Of a stretch of DNA of 64,000 bases, positions 50,401-60,330 are shown in pieces; position 1 is the stretch's first letter; the number at the start of each line of letters is the position of its first letter. Source of the DNA: Myxococcota bacterium (GTDB taxonomy: Bacteria > Myxococcota_A > UBA796 > CAJQPC01); NCBI GenBank assembly GCA_036012755.1, contig DASCPX010000009.1, positions 146,880 to 210,879 on the forward strand, read 5' to 3'. A model generated the notes under the pieces. The model saw only the letters and a list, made by a program, of their open reading frames with translations, made no database searches and was not told where the DNA came from. The position numbers and the translations under genes are program-made.

Positions 50401-50765
50401 GTGCCCGGATGCAGGCCGGCGAGCGCGACCGGGCGATCACGGCGCTGAGGCTGGGCCACGAGCTCGCCAGGCGCGAGGGGCTGCTGGAGCTCCAGGCCTA
50501 TGCACGCCTGATGGCCGGCGTGCTCGCGCCGAAGGGCAGCAAGGGCTGGTCCGAGCTGGTCTCGGCGTCCCTGCGGGCGCGCTGGGCAGAGCTCTTCCTC
50601 GGCGTGCTCGAGTTCGACGGAAGACGGCGCGAGGCGCTCGGGAATCTCAAGGGTGCCTTCGACCGCTATCGAAGCCTCCACAGCCGCGCGGTGGACCTCG
50701 GTCACCGACCCTACGTCCGCACTGCCCAGGAGTGCATGCACCGCCTCAAGTCACGCGCGAAGTGA
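47433..50765 (+). CDS. Ser/Thr protein kinase with degenerate AAA/NTPase and TPR-like region
   Basis: GHGASAVV, AVK, HRDLKPSN, DFG, APE; FEGREVEL...GVAGSGRR; helical repeats. Confidence 0.9.
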   Translation: MARTPTALPAGTRIGNLRITAVLGHGASAVVYDAVDPKGREFAVKVRQPGEAALDRRFLREFESLRRLRLPGVVRVFEAGIDRRHIWYSMEKVDGEPMRRWLLSIDPLEARIESACEVGAKLAETLAAIHEAGFVHRDLKPSNVLVTKGGRVRILDFGVVQWWAVGESLTGTGGLVGTPSFMAPEQVAGLNLTGAADVYACGLILYEGLVGKRPRPPTPHGWLITQCLDRPQPLACREPTVPRSVSNVIERCLELDPADRPSAGDLAEQLRGCLDGTTAADWPSPHVFEGREVELGALEAGLNGDGPRFWVLRGVAGSGRRCLIERLRRRALLRGVRSERGRCGIDAPGAPIGEILRHLLSRPNRDEWRRALALDNARTLLQMWPELPLHGLTERHDISAVSRGQVVDAAADCILGAARQGNLVVVFERLEELDSFSARVIERLADAKEPRLLLIGSVDPRWTYSHAERMLDSLKGIRVMDIGPLDAASASAIANSLVPEDVVVSVEEPQLPLRALQAGLRALAGARGEPFHPITARIADLAILDGPCSRSVLEAFIPSSEDLFSDGFVVQRADGVHIAGESFRTAALADLRNKAVAHDRLAEAWETQAHGPRRWLHVAHHRCRGRGHKDQWAAAVRAALSAERFGQWQRSRRWLLLLDGLEHDRRSATYRRLRYRLAWCRARVALVTDTERPRQDLVDAARDRAETEADHARQALLDVEMLLRQGMPQAALDHAASHARRHLDACPHEAASLLLAAGRAQLDLGHPDGALEKALDTEDVLGSHTSVEPVLPVEITALTSEAQVAAGALAAGGDTCRRGVAEARRLHLPCLEARLRQAMGTARLHLGHREASERAVLKAHQLFADNGDRAGTASAALQLAALAADRGEAAAARRRLDEGLTSARKLGIQRLMPLACAVQLELARLAEERKLGRATLEQYGQLRLTHPDFDLAAIRKARTDGRLCDIERLVVETPYAAGYRAATAQLELARARMQAGERDRAITALRLGHELARREGLLELQAYARLMAGVLAPKGSKGWSELVSASLRARWAELFLGVLEFDGRRREALGNLKGAFDRYRSLHSRAVDLGHRPYVRTAQECMHRLKSRAK

Positions 50766-51355
50766 GGGGGAGCGCCACCCTCTATGTCGGTGACGTTCAC
50801 GGCTGCGCCGAAGAGCTCGCGGCGCTCGTGACGCTCGCGGACGCCGAGCGGGTGGTCCTCGTCGGCGACCTCTTCACGAAGGGCCCGGACCCGGACGGCG
50901 TCTGGGCCTTGATCCAGGAAGCGGGATTCGAGGCGGTTCTGGGCAACCACGACGCCCACGTCCTGGAGCGCTGGGACCTCGAGCCTGAACGCCGCCGCTG
51001 GCTCGAAGCTCTCCCGCTGTTCATCGAGGAGGAAGAACGCGTCGTCGTGCACGCTGGCATCCACCCCACAGAGGGCATCGCCGGCACCACCCGCGCCATG
51101 GCCCTGACCATGCGGCGCTTCCCCGACGACGCGGGCCCCTTCTGGTACGACCTCTACGAGGGACCTCGCACCGTCGTCTTCGGACACGACGCGAAGCGTG
51201 GCCTGATCCAGCGCGAGCGCAAGGGCCGCCTGCTGGCCGTTGGCCTCGACACGGGCTGCGTCTACGGAGGCGCCCTCACCGGCTGGCTGTCCAGCGGACG
51301 GCGCTTCCTGAGCGTGAAGGCACGCCGCCGCTACTGCCCCATCAAGGGTCGCTGA
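50762..51355 (+). CDS. Calcineurin-like metallophosphoesterase (ApaH/PPP-like)
   Basis: GDVHG, GDLFTKG, GNHD, HAG, FGH, LDTGCVYGG; GTGA overlap with kinase. Confidence 0.9.
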   Translation: MRGSATLYVGDVHGCAEELAALVTLADAERVVLVGDLFTKGPDPDGVWALIQEAGFEAVLGNHDAHVLERWDLEPERRRWLEALPLFIEEEERVVVHAGIHPTEGIAGTTRAMALTMRRFPDDAGPFWYDLYEGPRTVVFGHDAKRGLIQRERKGRLLAVGLDTGCVYGGALTGWLSSGRRFLSVKARRRYCPIKGR

Positions 51356-51359
51356 AGCA

Positions 51360-53075
51360 TCACAGCTCGGCAGTGCTCTCGGCCCGGCGGATGATGCCGA
51401 CCGCGCGGTCGCCGATCTCCTCGAGGTGGGTCAGGGCGTCCAGGAAGGCCAGCCCCCTGCGCAGCCCCTCCTCGCCGGACTTCATGCGCTGGATCGTCTC
51501 TTCGCGGAGCTCCCTCCGGCGCGCGTCGATGGCGTTCTCGTGCGCCTCGGCGGCGGCGGGGTCGCCCTGGCCGGCGAGGTAGGCACCGCTGTGTTCCATG
51601 GCCGTCCCGACCATGGCGGCGAAGTCACGGAGCTTGTCCATCTCGACGGGCGAGAAGCGCTGGTTCCTGTCGTGCACCCGCTGCGCGATGCGCACCAGCG
51701 TCGCGATGTGGTCAGCGATGCGCTCGAGGCGGTGGGTGTTTTGGATGAGCTCCGCGATCTTGCGCGAGGCCTGGGCCGACGTCGCCGCCCTGGCGCAGAG
51801 GGAGAGGTGCCTCTGGATCTCGCGCTCCATGTCGTCGATCTGGTCTTCGCGCTGGAGCGTGATCCTCACGAGCTTGCCGAGATCCTCGTCCGGACTCGCC
51901 AGGATGTGCGTGGCATCCGTGAGCATCTGACGCGTGATGCCGGCGATGTGCTGGAGCTCCTGGCCGACCTGGATCAGGACGAGCTCGGGGGTCTCGACGA
52001 AGGTGGCGCCGGCGACCAGGAACCGGAGCCGCTCGACGGGGGCTTCGGAGTCGTCGTCCTTGATCCAGCGCAGGGCGATCTTCTCCAGCTGCTTCACGAA
52101 GCCGACCATCAACAGCGTGTTGACGACGTTGAAGACGCTGTGGAAGGCCGCCAGGTGCGTCGTGACGACGCTGCGGGCGTCGGCGACGGCGGCGTCCTGT
52201 CCCTGGAGGAGGGCGAAGTCGACGTTGGGGTCGCCGGGGACCATCCAGTCGATGACCGGTAGCAGCACGAGCCCCATCAACAACAGGGCCCAGGTGACAC
52301 CGAAGATGTTGAAGAGGAAGTGGACCCGCGCCGCCCGCACCGCGTCTCTGGATGCCCCGATGGCCGCCAGGTTCGCGGTGATGGTGGTCCCGATGTTCTC
52401 GCCGAGCACCGTCGCGGCGGCGAGCTCGTAGGGCAGCCAGCCCAGCGCCGCGAGCGTCAGCGTCAGCGTCATCGTCGCAGAGGACGACTGCAGCACCACC
52501 GTCAGCAGCGTCCCGATGGCCACGAAGAGGACAACGCTGCCGAAGCCATAGCCAGAGACGGCCTGCACCCAGGCGAGGTCCTCTGGGCTGCCGATGTCGG
52601 GCACGGCGTCCTTGAGCAGGCCGAGACCGATGAACAACAGCCCGAATCCGAGGAGCGCCTCGCCCCACTGACGGACGCGCGCCCCCTTCAGGAAGCTCAT
52701 GGCGAAGCCGACGCCGCAGGCCGGGAGGGCGAAGGCGGTGATCTTGACCTTGAAGCCGAGCACCGCGACGAGCCAGCCCGTCAGGGTCGTGCCGATGTTG
52801 GCGCCCATGATGACGCCGATGGCCTGGGTCAGCGTGAGCAACCCCGCGGTGACGAAGCCGACGACCATCACCGTGGTGGCAGAGGACGACTGGACGACGC
52901 AGGTCACCGTGAGACCCGTGAGCACGCCGCTGAAGCGGTTCCCCGTGATGCGGGCCAGGAGCGACTTCATGCGGTCGCCTGCCACCTTCTGGAGCCCCTC
53001 TGACATGACCTTCATGCCGAAGAGGAAGATCCCCAGTGCGCCGAGGAGCTGGAAGAGTGTAGAGACCCACGCCAT
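51360..53075 (-). CDS. Na/Pi cotransporter with PhoU-like C-terminus
   Basis: Two QSSSAT motifs, GANIGTT/GENIGTT, LERIADH. Confidence 0.9.
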   Translation of the reverse strand: MAWVSTLFQLLGALGIFLFGMKVMSEGLQKVAGDRMKSLLARITGNRFSGVLTGLTVTCVVQSSSATTVMVVGFVTAGLLTLTQAIGVIMGANIGTTLTGWLVAVLGFKVKITAFALPACGVGFAMSFLKGARVRQWGEALLGFGLLFIGLGLLKDAVPDIGSPEDLAWVQAVSGYGFGSVVLFVAIGTLLTVVLQSSSATMTLTLTLAALGWLPYELAAATVLGENIGTTITANLAAIGASRDAVRAARVHFLFNIFGVTWALLLMGLVLLPVIDWMVPGDPNVDFALLQGQDAAVADARSVVTTHLAAFHSVFNVVNTLLMVGFVKQLEKIALRWIKDDDSEAPVERLRFLVAGATFVETPELVLIQVGQELQHIAGITRQMLTDATHILASPDEDLGKLVRITLQREDQIDDMEREIQRHLSLCARAATSAQASRKIAELIQNTHRLERIADHIATLVRIAQRVHDRNQRFSPVEMDKLRDFAAMVGTAMEHSGAYLAGQGDPAAAEAHENAIDARRRELREETIQRMKSGEEGLRRGLAFLDALTHLEEIGDRAVGIIRRAESTAEL

Positions 53076-53189
53076 CGCGCGGACGCTATCACCAGGCCGG
53101 CTGGCCCCAATCTTGCGTCACCGACGTGTCACGGCCGCGTCACCAGCCGGTTATCGGCGGGGCCTTCCTTGATCACTGGAGACACCCCC

Positions 53190-54569
53190 ATGCGCAAGCT
53201 CACCATCTCTCTGTCAATGTTGGCCACCGTGGCCGCCCTCGCGCCGGCGTGCGGCGACAAGGAGCCCAAAGACAGCGGCTGGACCGAAGGCGACACCGAC
53301 TCGGACACCGACGCAGACACCGACACCGACACCGACGCCGACGCCGACTCGGACACCGACGCCGACACCGACTCGGACACCGACACCGACGCCAACACCG
53401 AGATCTACAAGGCTCGGACGGGCGAGTACACCGCGGGCGACGGCTCCGGCGACCCGCTCGGCGACGAGGTCACCATCGAGGGCGTGGTCGTCGGCTCGGA
53501 GGCGCTCTACGGCTTCTTCGTCCAGGACGGCTACAGCGGCCCCTACCACGGCGTCTACGTCTACACGGGCTCCAGCCTGACCGCCGGCGTCGCCGAGGGT
53601 GACTGGGTCGAGGTCACCGGAACCGTCGAGGAGTACATGGGCTCCGGCAGCACCGATACCCTGACGGAGATCTGGATCGCGGACGCAGCAGGCCTCACGG
53701 TCAGCGGAACCTCCGAGGTCCCGGCGGCCGAGGTGCTCGCCACCTCTGAGCTCGCCGACGGTGCCACGGCCGAGGGCTACGAGAGCATGCTGGTGAAGGT
53801 CGAGAACGTCACCGTCGTCGAGGCCGACCTCGGCTACGGCGAGTGGAGCGTCGGCGACGGCGTGCGGATCGACGACCTCTTCGAGCCAGAGACCCCCTGG
53901 GACGTGCTCTACGCTGGCGACCAGCTCACCGGCGTCTCAGGCGTGCTGTACTACAGCTTCGACAGCTTCAAGATCGAGCCCCGGACCACGGACGACTACG
54001 AGGGCCACAGCTCCACCGGCCCGATCTGCAACGCCGACACCTGCGCAGAGGACCTGGCCCCCGGCGACCTCGTCGTGACCGAAGCCATGATGGACCCCCA
54101 GACCGGATCGGATGACTACTGCGAGTGGATCGAGGTCTACAACGCCAGGAGCGGCTCGGTCGATCTCGCCCGCGTGCTCGTGGTGGACAGCGCCGCCAAC
54201 ACCGGCACCGTCGCCGACGAGACCATCGTCGGCGCCGGGGAGTACGCCGTCATCGCGCGCACGACCGAGGCGGACTTCGCCGCGAACTGCGCGACGCTGG
54301 CCGCGGTCTTCACCCCGGACGGCTACTACGGCTCGAACCCGGCCCTGAACAACGGCGGTGACACCATCGCGCTGACGACGCCGGACAGCTCGGTGACCAT
54401 CGACTCGACGGCCGACTACGGCTCGCAGGACTGCGCGCAGGTCACCGGCACAAGCGCTGGCGACAACGACGACACCGCCGACTGGTGTGCCTGCGACACG
54501 GAGCTCGCCACCGACGGATCGGACACGGACTACGGCACCCCGGGCGCCGCGAACTCCGCCTGCCCCTAG
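53190..54569 (+). CDS. Lipoprotein with Asp/Thr-rich linker, OB-fold-like and lamin-tail-like domains
   Basis: APAC lipobox; VTIEGVV..GFFVQD, YESMLVKV; LVVTEAM.DP..EWIEVYN, LNNGGD, GTPGAAN. Confidence 0.85.
   Translation: MRKLTISLSMLATVAALAPACGDKEPKDSGWTEGDTDSDTDADTDTDTDADADSDTDADTDSDTDTDANTEIYKARTGEYTAGDGSGDPLGDEVTIEGVVVGSEALYGFFVQDGYSGPYHGVYVYTGSSLTAGVAEGDWVEVTGTVEEYMGSGSTDTLTEIWIADAAGLTVSGTSEVPAAEVLATSELADGATAEGYESMLVKVENVTVVEADLGYGEWSVGDGVRIDDLFEPETPWDVLYAGDQLTGVSGVLYYSFDSFKIEPRTTDDYEGHSSTGPICNADTCAEDLAPGDLVVTEAMMDPQTGSDDYCEWIEVYNARSGSVDLARVLVVDSAANTGTVADETIVGAGEYAVIARTTEADFAANCATLAAVFTPDGYYGSNPALNNGGDTIALTTPDSSVTIDSTADYGSQDCAQVTGTSAGDNDDTADWCACDTELATDGSDTDYGTPGAANSACP
53292..53399 (+). 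repeat. Low-complexity (GAC-NCN)n repeat encoding DTDSDTDAD...
   Basis: About 17 D-x dipeptides read directly. Confidence 0.85.
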
Positions 54570-54589
54570 AACCTGGATAGGAGTCACGC

Positions 54590-56092
54590 ATGTGGCTCCT
54601 CATCCTGGCTTGTTCCGAGACCCCCGACCGCGTCGTGCACGGGGTCGGCATCAAAGACGGGCGGATCGTCTCCATCGATCCGCCCGCAGACGGCATCGTC
54701 GTCACTCCCGGACTCATCGACGCACACGCCCACCCCGCTGGAGTGGGGCGCAAGCTCGCACAGCTCGATCTCTCTGGGACTGCCTCGCTGTCCGAGGTCC
54801 AAGCCCGAGTCGCCGAGGCTGCGGCCGAGGGCGAGGGCTGGCTTGCCGGTCGAGGCTGGGACCAGAACGACTGGTCCGATCACGAGGGCTGGCCCACCGC
54901 CGAGCAGCTGGACCACGCGAGCCGTCCGGTGGCGCTGCGGCGGGTGGACGGACACGCCCTCTGGGTGAACACGGCAGGCCTGGAGGCAGCGCGCATCACG
55001 CCACAGAGCCCGGACCCCGCAGGCGGACGCATCCTCCGGGACGAAGCGGGCAACCCGACCGGGGTGCTCATAGACGCGGCTGTCGGCCTGGTCGAGCTGC
55101 CGAAGCCCTCTGTGGACGAGCAGCGCCGCCGGCTCGTAGAGGCCCTCGATCACATCGCCGCCTCCGGCCTCGTCGGCGTTCACGACATGGGCGTCTCCGA
55201 CCAGACGCTGGCCCTCTACGAGGAGCTCGCCGCCGCCGGAGAGCTGCCGATCCGGATCTGGGCCTTCCTGGACCCCGGCGCGGAGGCGGTCACCCGGCTG
55301 AAGTCGGAGGGTCCCTGGCAGGTGGGCCACCTGCGGGTCGCCGGTGTGAAGATGTACGCCGACGGCGCCCTCGGCTCCCGCGGCGCTCTGCTCAGCGAGG
55401 ACTACAGCGACGAGCCCGGGACCGTGGGCATCGAGATCAACGGCACGCTCGACCTCGCGGACATGGCGACCGACCTGCTCGCGGTGCGTGCACAGCTCGC
55501 GGTCCACGCCATCGGAGACCGCGGGATCGGAAACGCGCTCGATGCCTTCGAGCAGGCCCGTGCGGCCCAGCCCGCAGCGAACGACGTGCCGCTCCGCATC
55601 GAACACCTCCAGGTCGTGCGCCCGGAAGACCTGGCGAGGATGCCCGGGCTCAACGCGGTCGCCTCGATGCAGCCCACCCACGCCACGAGCGACGGGCCCT
55701 GGGCCGAGTCCCGGCTGGGCCCGGACCGCGTGGAGTGGTCCTACGCCTGGCGCGACGTCCTCGATGCGGGCGTCGTCCTGGCCTTCGGCAGCGACTTCCC
55801 GGTCGAAGAGGTCTCCCCCGCCTTCGGCCTGTGGTCGGCGACGACGAGAGCGGACACCGAGGGTGGGGAGGGATGGCGGACCGAGCACAACCTCGACTTC
55901 GACGAGGCTGTCGCGGCGTTCTCCTCGGGAACCTACGCCGCCCTCGGAGAGACCGGCGGCGCGCTCGAGCCGGGCTCCGTGGCCGACCTCTGCGTCTGGC
56001 GGGTCGAGCAGCGCTTCGGTCGCGACTGGTTCGAGCCCATCGAGGTCGTCGTCGCCGGCGAGACCGTCTTCCTCGACGATCGGCCTCGCTGA
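54590..56092 (+). CDS. Amidohydrolase 3 family (YtcJ-like) lipoprotein
   Basis: PGLIDAHAH, DGHALWVN, KMYADGALGSRGA, HAIGD, RIEH, SMQPTH, GSDFP. Confidence 0.9.
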   Translation: MWLLILACSETPDRVVHGVGIKDGRIVSIDPPADGIVVTPGLIDAHAHPAGVGRKLAQLDLSGTASLSEVQARVAEAAAEGEGWLAGRGWDQNDWSDHEGWPTAEQLDHASRPVALRRVDGHALWVNTAGLEAARITPQSPDPAGGRILRDEAGNPTGVLIDAAVGLVELPKPSVDEQRRRLVEALDHIAASGLVGVHDMGVSDQTLALYEELAAAGELPIRIWAFLDPGAEAVTRLKSEGPWQVGHLRVAGVKMYADGALGSRGALLSEDYSDEPGTVGIEINGTLDLADMATDLLAVRAQLAVHAIGDRGIGNALDAFEQARAAQPAANDVPLRIEHLQVVRPEDLARMPGLNAVASMQPTHATSDGPWAESRLGPDRVEWSYAWRDVLDAGVVLAFGSDFPVEEVSPAFGLWSATTRADTEGGEGWRTEHNLDFDEAVAAFSSGTYAALGETGGALEPGSVADLCVWRVEQRFGRDWFEPIEVVVAGETVFLDDRPR

Positions 56093-56203
56093 GGGGGCTC
56101 GATCGGGGCCACGCCTGAGTCTGCCGATCGCCCTGGAAAGAACCGCTCAACTCCTCCTCGTTTCTGCCGTTTCGAGTTCAGCGGTGGGGCCAGGACTCCG
56201 GCA

Positions 56204-57097
56204 ATGACCAGCTTGGAGCGACTTCGCCAGGTGATGGTTCGCCCGGTCAGCTCCTTCTGGAAGGAAGGAGCCGACGTCAACGACGTGGAAGCACTCCTCG
56301 CCCAGGCCAGACGCGACGCCAAGAACTCCGGCCGCAGCGTCGACGAAGTGCTCGCCTCCTACGGCTTCGAGCTCCGTGAGGACGGGTCGGTGCGCGTGGC
56401 GGAGCAGGCCCCCGAGACCCCAGGGGCGGAGGAATCGGCTCCACCAACTGCTTCGGATGCGCCCATCCTGGCCGCGCTCGCCCCGCTCTGCGAGGACGAA
56501 GCGCAGAGCCTGCTATAGGCGGCGGAGTCGGAGATCCTGGCAGCCCGCGCCCAGTTCCTCGGCCACGTCGATGTCCCAGGAGCCCGCACGATCGCCCGCC
56601 ACGGCTGGCCGGCGCTGGTCGCAGCAGGGGTTTCCGCAGAGGACATCGCAGAGCTGGTCGGGGCGAGCTGTTGGGCGCCGCCACAGTGCGGCGACAGCGA
56701 GTTCGCCGACATGTTGACTGCCAGCGGCGTCCAGATCCCCCGCGCCCTCGAGCTGTCGGCGGGTGTGGTGGACCACGCCAAGGTCAAGAGCGTCGTCTCA
56801 GCGATGAAGACGAACGTCGAGGAAGGCAAGACCATGAAGGAAGCGCTGCAGGGCAAGAAGCTGCCCGCGAACTTCGTGGACATGATGACCCTCGCAGAGG
56901 AGACCGGGAACCTCTCGGACATCCTCCCGAACCTCTCGCAGGCTCTGCGGGCCGAGATGACCCGGAGCGCTGGCCGCGTGAGCCTGGTCGCGGAACCTGC
57001 AATGCTCATCGTGATGGGCACCATGGTGCTCGGCATCATGCTGGCCTTCTTCTACCCCTACTTCGAGATGATCGCGGGCATGAGCTTCGCGGGCTGA
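56204..57097 (+). pseudogene. Protein with C-terminal T2SS-F/PilC domain, interrupted by an in-frame TAG at 56516-56518
   Basis: ORFs 56204..56518 and 56711..57097 share a frame with 64 open codons between them; FADML..GV.I.RAL, EEG, AEETGNL, EP + TM match PilC/GspF. Confidence 0.65.
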
Positions 57098-57115
57098 CAG
57101 AAGACAGAAGACAGC

Positions 57116-57141
57116 GAGGGCCGTCCCCCGGGGCGGCCCTC
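57116..57141. terminator. GC-rich hairpin between convergent genes
   Basis: GAGGGCCG...CGGCCCTC stem; no clear U tract. Confidence 0.5.
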
Positions 57142-57152
57142 TTCGCTCTGGA

Positions 57153-60100
57153 TCAGCTGATGTCCTGGAGCTTGATCACCTTGAGCTCATCCGACTTCAG
57201 GGCGCGGATTGCCTGGACCACCGCCTGGGCAGCCTCCATGGTCGTGATGGTCGGGATGCCATAGCGAAGCCCCGCGAGGCGCATTGCGCGCTCGTCGTGC
57301 ACGGCCTTCTTGCCCAGCGGCGTGTTGATGATCAGGGTGATGGCGCCGTTCTTGATGTGGTCGACGATGTCGGGGCGGCCCTCGCGCACCTTGAAGACCC
57401 GCTCACACGCCAGGCCACGCTCCTGCAGGAAGGCGTGGGTGCCGCCGGTCGCAAAGAGCCGGAAGCCCAGGTGCCCCAAGGCCCCGGCGACGGCGACGAG
57501 GGCCTCGTCCTTGTCCCGGTCGGTGACGCTCAGGAACACACCGCCCCCGGCCGGTAGCACCATGCCAGCGGCGATGAGGGCCTTCGCGTAGGCCTCGCCG
57601 AAGCTCCATCCGACACCCATGACCTCGCCGGTGCTCCGCATCTCGGGGCCGAGGATGACATCGCTGCCCGGGAATCGGGTCCACGGAAAGACCGGCGCCT
57701 TGACGAAGTACATGCCCTTCCCACGCCGCACCAACGCGAGATCGTTCAGCTTCTCGCCAAGCAACAGGCGCGTGGCCACGCGCGCGACCGGCAGCGCGGT
57801 GGCCTTCGCGACGAAGGGCACCGTCCGCGATGCGCGCGGGTTGACCTCGATGACATAGACGGTGCCGTCCTGGACGGCGAACTGGATGTTGATCAGCCCG
57901 ACGACCTCGAGCCGCAGCGCGATGCGCTCCACGATGTCCTCGATCTCCCGCCGGTTGTCAGGGGAGAGCTGGACCGGCGGGATGATGGCCGTGCTGTCAC
58001 CAGAGTGGACCCCCGCGGCCTCGACGTGCTCCATGATCCCGGCGATGTAGACCTCGTCGCCATCACAGAGGGCATCGACGTCGTACTCGACGGCTCCTTC
58101 CAGGAAGCGGTCCAACAGCAGGGTGTTGTGCTCGCTGGCTTCGATGGCCTCTGCGACCGCGGCCTCGAAGTCCGCCTGGTCGTAGCAGATCCTCATGGCC
58201 CGACCGCCGAGCACGTAGCTGGGCCGGGTCAACAGCGGAAAACCGAGGCGTCCGGCGGCCACGTGAGCCTCTGCGGTGCTGCGCGCGATGGCGCCCTCGG
58301 GCTGCCGGATGTCGAGCTCGGTCATCAGCGCGTTGAAGCGATCTCGATCCTCGCAGAGGTCGATGGCCTCTGGGCTCGTGCCCAGGACCGGCCCGATGCG
58401 TCCGGCGAGCTTCAGGGGGGTCTGGCCTCCGAACTGCAGGATCACACCGCGGGGCTGCTCGCGCTCGAGGACCGCCTGCACGTGCTCAGCTGTGATCGGC
58501 TCGAAGTAGAGCTTGTCGCTCGTGTCGTAGTCGGTGCTGACCGTCTCGGGGTTGCAGTTGATCATCACCGACGTCAGCCCTGCGTCGCGGACCGCGAAGG
58601 CCGCGTGGCAGCAGGCGTAGTCGAACTCCAGCCCCTGACCGATGCGGTTGGGGCCGTTGCCGAGGATGACGATCCGATCGCTGTCGCTGTCGCCGGCCTC
58701 GTCTTCGTCCTCGTAGGAGCTGTAGAGGTAGGGGGTGAAGCTCTCGAACTCCGCGGCGCAGGTGTCGACGCGCTTGAAGACCGGCTTGATCCCGTGGGCT
58801 CGCCGCCGCGCCGCGACCTGCGCCTCCGTGCACCCGAGGATGTGAGCGAGGTAGTCGTCGGGCATGCCGAGACGCTTGGCCCGCTCGAGCTCGCGGGCGC
58901 TCACGCTGGAGAGGAAGCGTCCCGCCAGCTGCCGCTCGAAGCTGACGATGTCGAGCATCTCGGCCAGAAACCAGCGGTCGATTCCAGTCAACCCGTTGAT
59001 ATCGCTCGGGTCATGACCCCTACGCAGGGCCTCGAACAGGGCGGGGAGCCGCTCTGGCGTGGCGATGGCCAGCCGCTCGCGGAGCTCCTGCTCGGAGAGG
59101 TCGCCAGCGTCCGAGTAGCCCCCCTCCAGCGAGGAGATGGCCTTGAGCATGGCCTCCTGGAAGGTGCGGCCGATACCCATCACCTCTCCAACGGACTTCA
59201 TCGCGGTGCCGAGGGTGCGCTCCGCCTCCGCGAACTTCTCGAAGTTCCAGCGGGGCACCTTCACGATGACGTAGTCGAGGGTCGGCTCGAAGCAGGCAGG
59301 GGTCATCTGCGTGATATCGTTCGGGATCTCGTCGAGAGTGAGACCCACGGCGAGCTGCGCCGCGATCTTGGCGATGGGGAAGCCAGTCGCCTTCGATGCC
59401 AGCGCCGAGCTGCGAGACACACGCGGGTTCATCTCGATGATCCGGACCGCGCCGTCCTCTGGGTTGATCGCGAACTGGATGTTCGAGCCGCCCGTGTCCA
59501 CGCCGATGCGCCGGATGATGCGCTGCGCGTAGTCTCGGAGCCGCTGGTACTCGACGTCCGAGAGGGTCTGCGCCGGGGCCACGGTCACCGAGTCGCCCGT
59601 GTGGATTCCCATCGGGTCGAGGTTCTCGATCGAGCAGATGACGATGACGTTGTCCGCGAGGTCACGCATGACCTCCAGCTCGAACTCCTTCCACCCGATG
59701 ATCGACTCTTCGACGAGGACCTGGCTGGTCGGGGACAGGTCCAGACCTCCTTCGACGATGGCCCGGTACTCGTCGCGGTTGTAGGCGATGCCGCCTCCGC
59801 TCCCGCCGAGGGTGAAGCTCGGCCGGATGATGGCCGGTAGCCCGATGAGGTCCAGGGCCTCCTCGGCCTCGGCGAGGTTCTCCACCGTACGACTCTTGGC
59901 CGACTGCAGGCCGATCTCGGTCATCGCCTGCTTGAAGAGCTCCCGATCCTCGCCCACACGGATCGCCTCTGGCCTGGCCCCGATCAGCTCCACGCCGTGG
60001 CGCTCCAGCACGCCGCTCTCGGCGAGCTCGATGGCGAGGTTCAGCGCGGTCTGCCCGCCGACCGTCGGGAGCACGGCGTCCGGCTTCTCACGGGCGATGA

Positions 60101-60329
60101 CCTGCTCACAGAACTTCGAGGTCAGCGGCTCCACGTAGGTGGCGTCCGCGACCTCTGGGTCCGTCATGATCGTGGCGGGGTTGGAGTTGATGAGAACGAC
60201 ACGGTATCCGAGCGATCTCAGCGCCTTGCATGCCTGTGTCCCCGAATAGTCGAACTCGCAGGCCTGGCCGATCACGATCGGTCCGGAGCCGATGACGAGG
60301 ATGGTCTCGATGTCGGTGCGTTTGGGCAT
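57153..60329 (-). CDS. carB: Carbamoyl-phosphate synthase large subunit
   Basis: [55 protein letters not shown] domain. Confidence 0.98.
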   Translation of the reverse strand: MPKRTDIETILVIGSGPIVIGQACEFDYSGTQACKALRSLGYRVVLINSNPATIMTDPEVADATYVEPLTSKFCEQVIAREKPDAVLPTVGGQTALNLAIELAESGVLERHGVELIGARPEAIRVGEDRELFKQAMTEIGLQSAKSRTVENLAEAEEALDLIGLPAIIRPSFTLGGSGGGIAYNRDEYRAIVEGGLDLSPTSQVLVEESIIGWKEFELEVMRDLADNVIVICSIENLDPMGIHTGDSVTVAPAQTLSDVEYQRLRDYAQRIIRRIGVDTGGSNIQFAINPEDGAVRIIEMNPRVSRSSALASKATGFPIAKIAAQLAVGLTLDEIPNDITQMTPACFEPTLDYVIVKVPRWNFEKFAEAERTLGTAMKSVGEVMGIGRTFQEAMLKAISSLEGGYSDAGDLSEQELRERLAIATPERLPALFEALRRGHDPSDINGLTGIDRWFLAEMLDIVSFERQLAGRFLSSVSARELERAKRLGMPDDYLAHILGCTEAQVAARRRAHGIKPVFKRVDTCAAEFESFTPYLYSSYEDEDEAGDSDSDRIVILGNGPNRIGQGLEFDYACCHAAFAVRDAGLTSVMINCNPETVSTDYDTSDKLYFEPITAEHVQAVLEREQPRGVILQFGGQTPLKLAGRIGPVLGTSPEAIDLCEDRDRFNALMTELDIRQPEGAIARSTAEAHVAAGRLGFPLLTRPSYVLGGRAMRICYDQADFEAAVAEAIEASEHNTLLLDRFLEGAVEYDVDALCDGDEVYIAGIMEHVEAAGVHSGDSTAIIPPVQLSPDNRREIEDIVERIALRLEVVGLINIQFAVQDGTVYVIEVNPRASRTVPFVAKATALPVARVATRLLLGEKLNDLALVRRGKGMYFVKAPVFPWTRFPGSDVILGPEMRSTGEVMGVGWSFGEAYAKALIAAGMVLPAGGGVFLSVTDRDKDEALVAVAGALGHLGFRLFATGGTHAFLQERGLACERVFKVREGRPDIVDHIKNGAITLIINTPLGKKAVHDERAMRLAGLRYGIPTITTMEAAQAVVQAIRALKSDELKVIKLQDIS

Positions 60330-60330
60330 C

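Noticed and set aside
56516..56518. Pyrrolysine or genome-wide TAG recoding
   Set aside because: TAG ends many genes here at expected positions (e.g. fusA, GMC); no pyl genes seen
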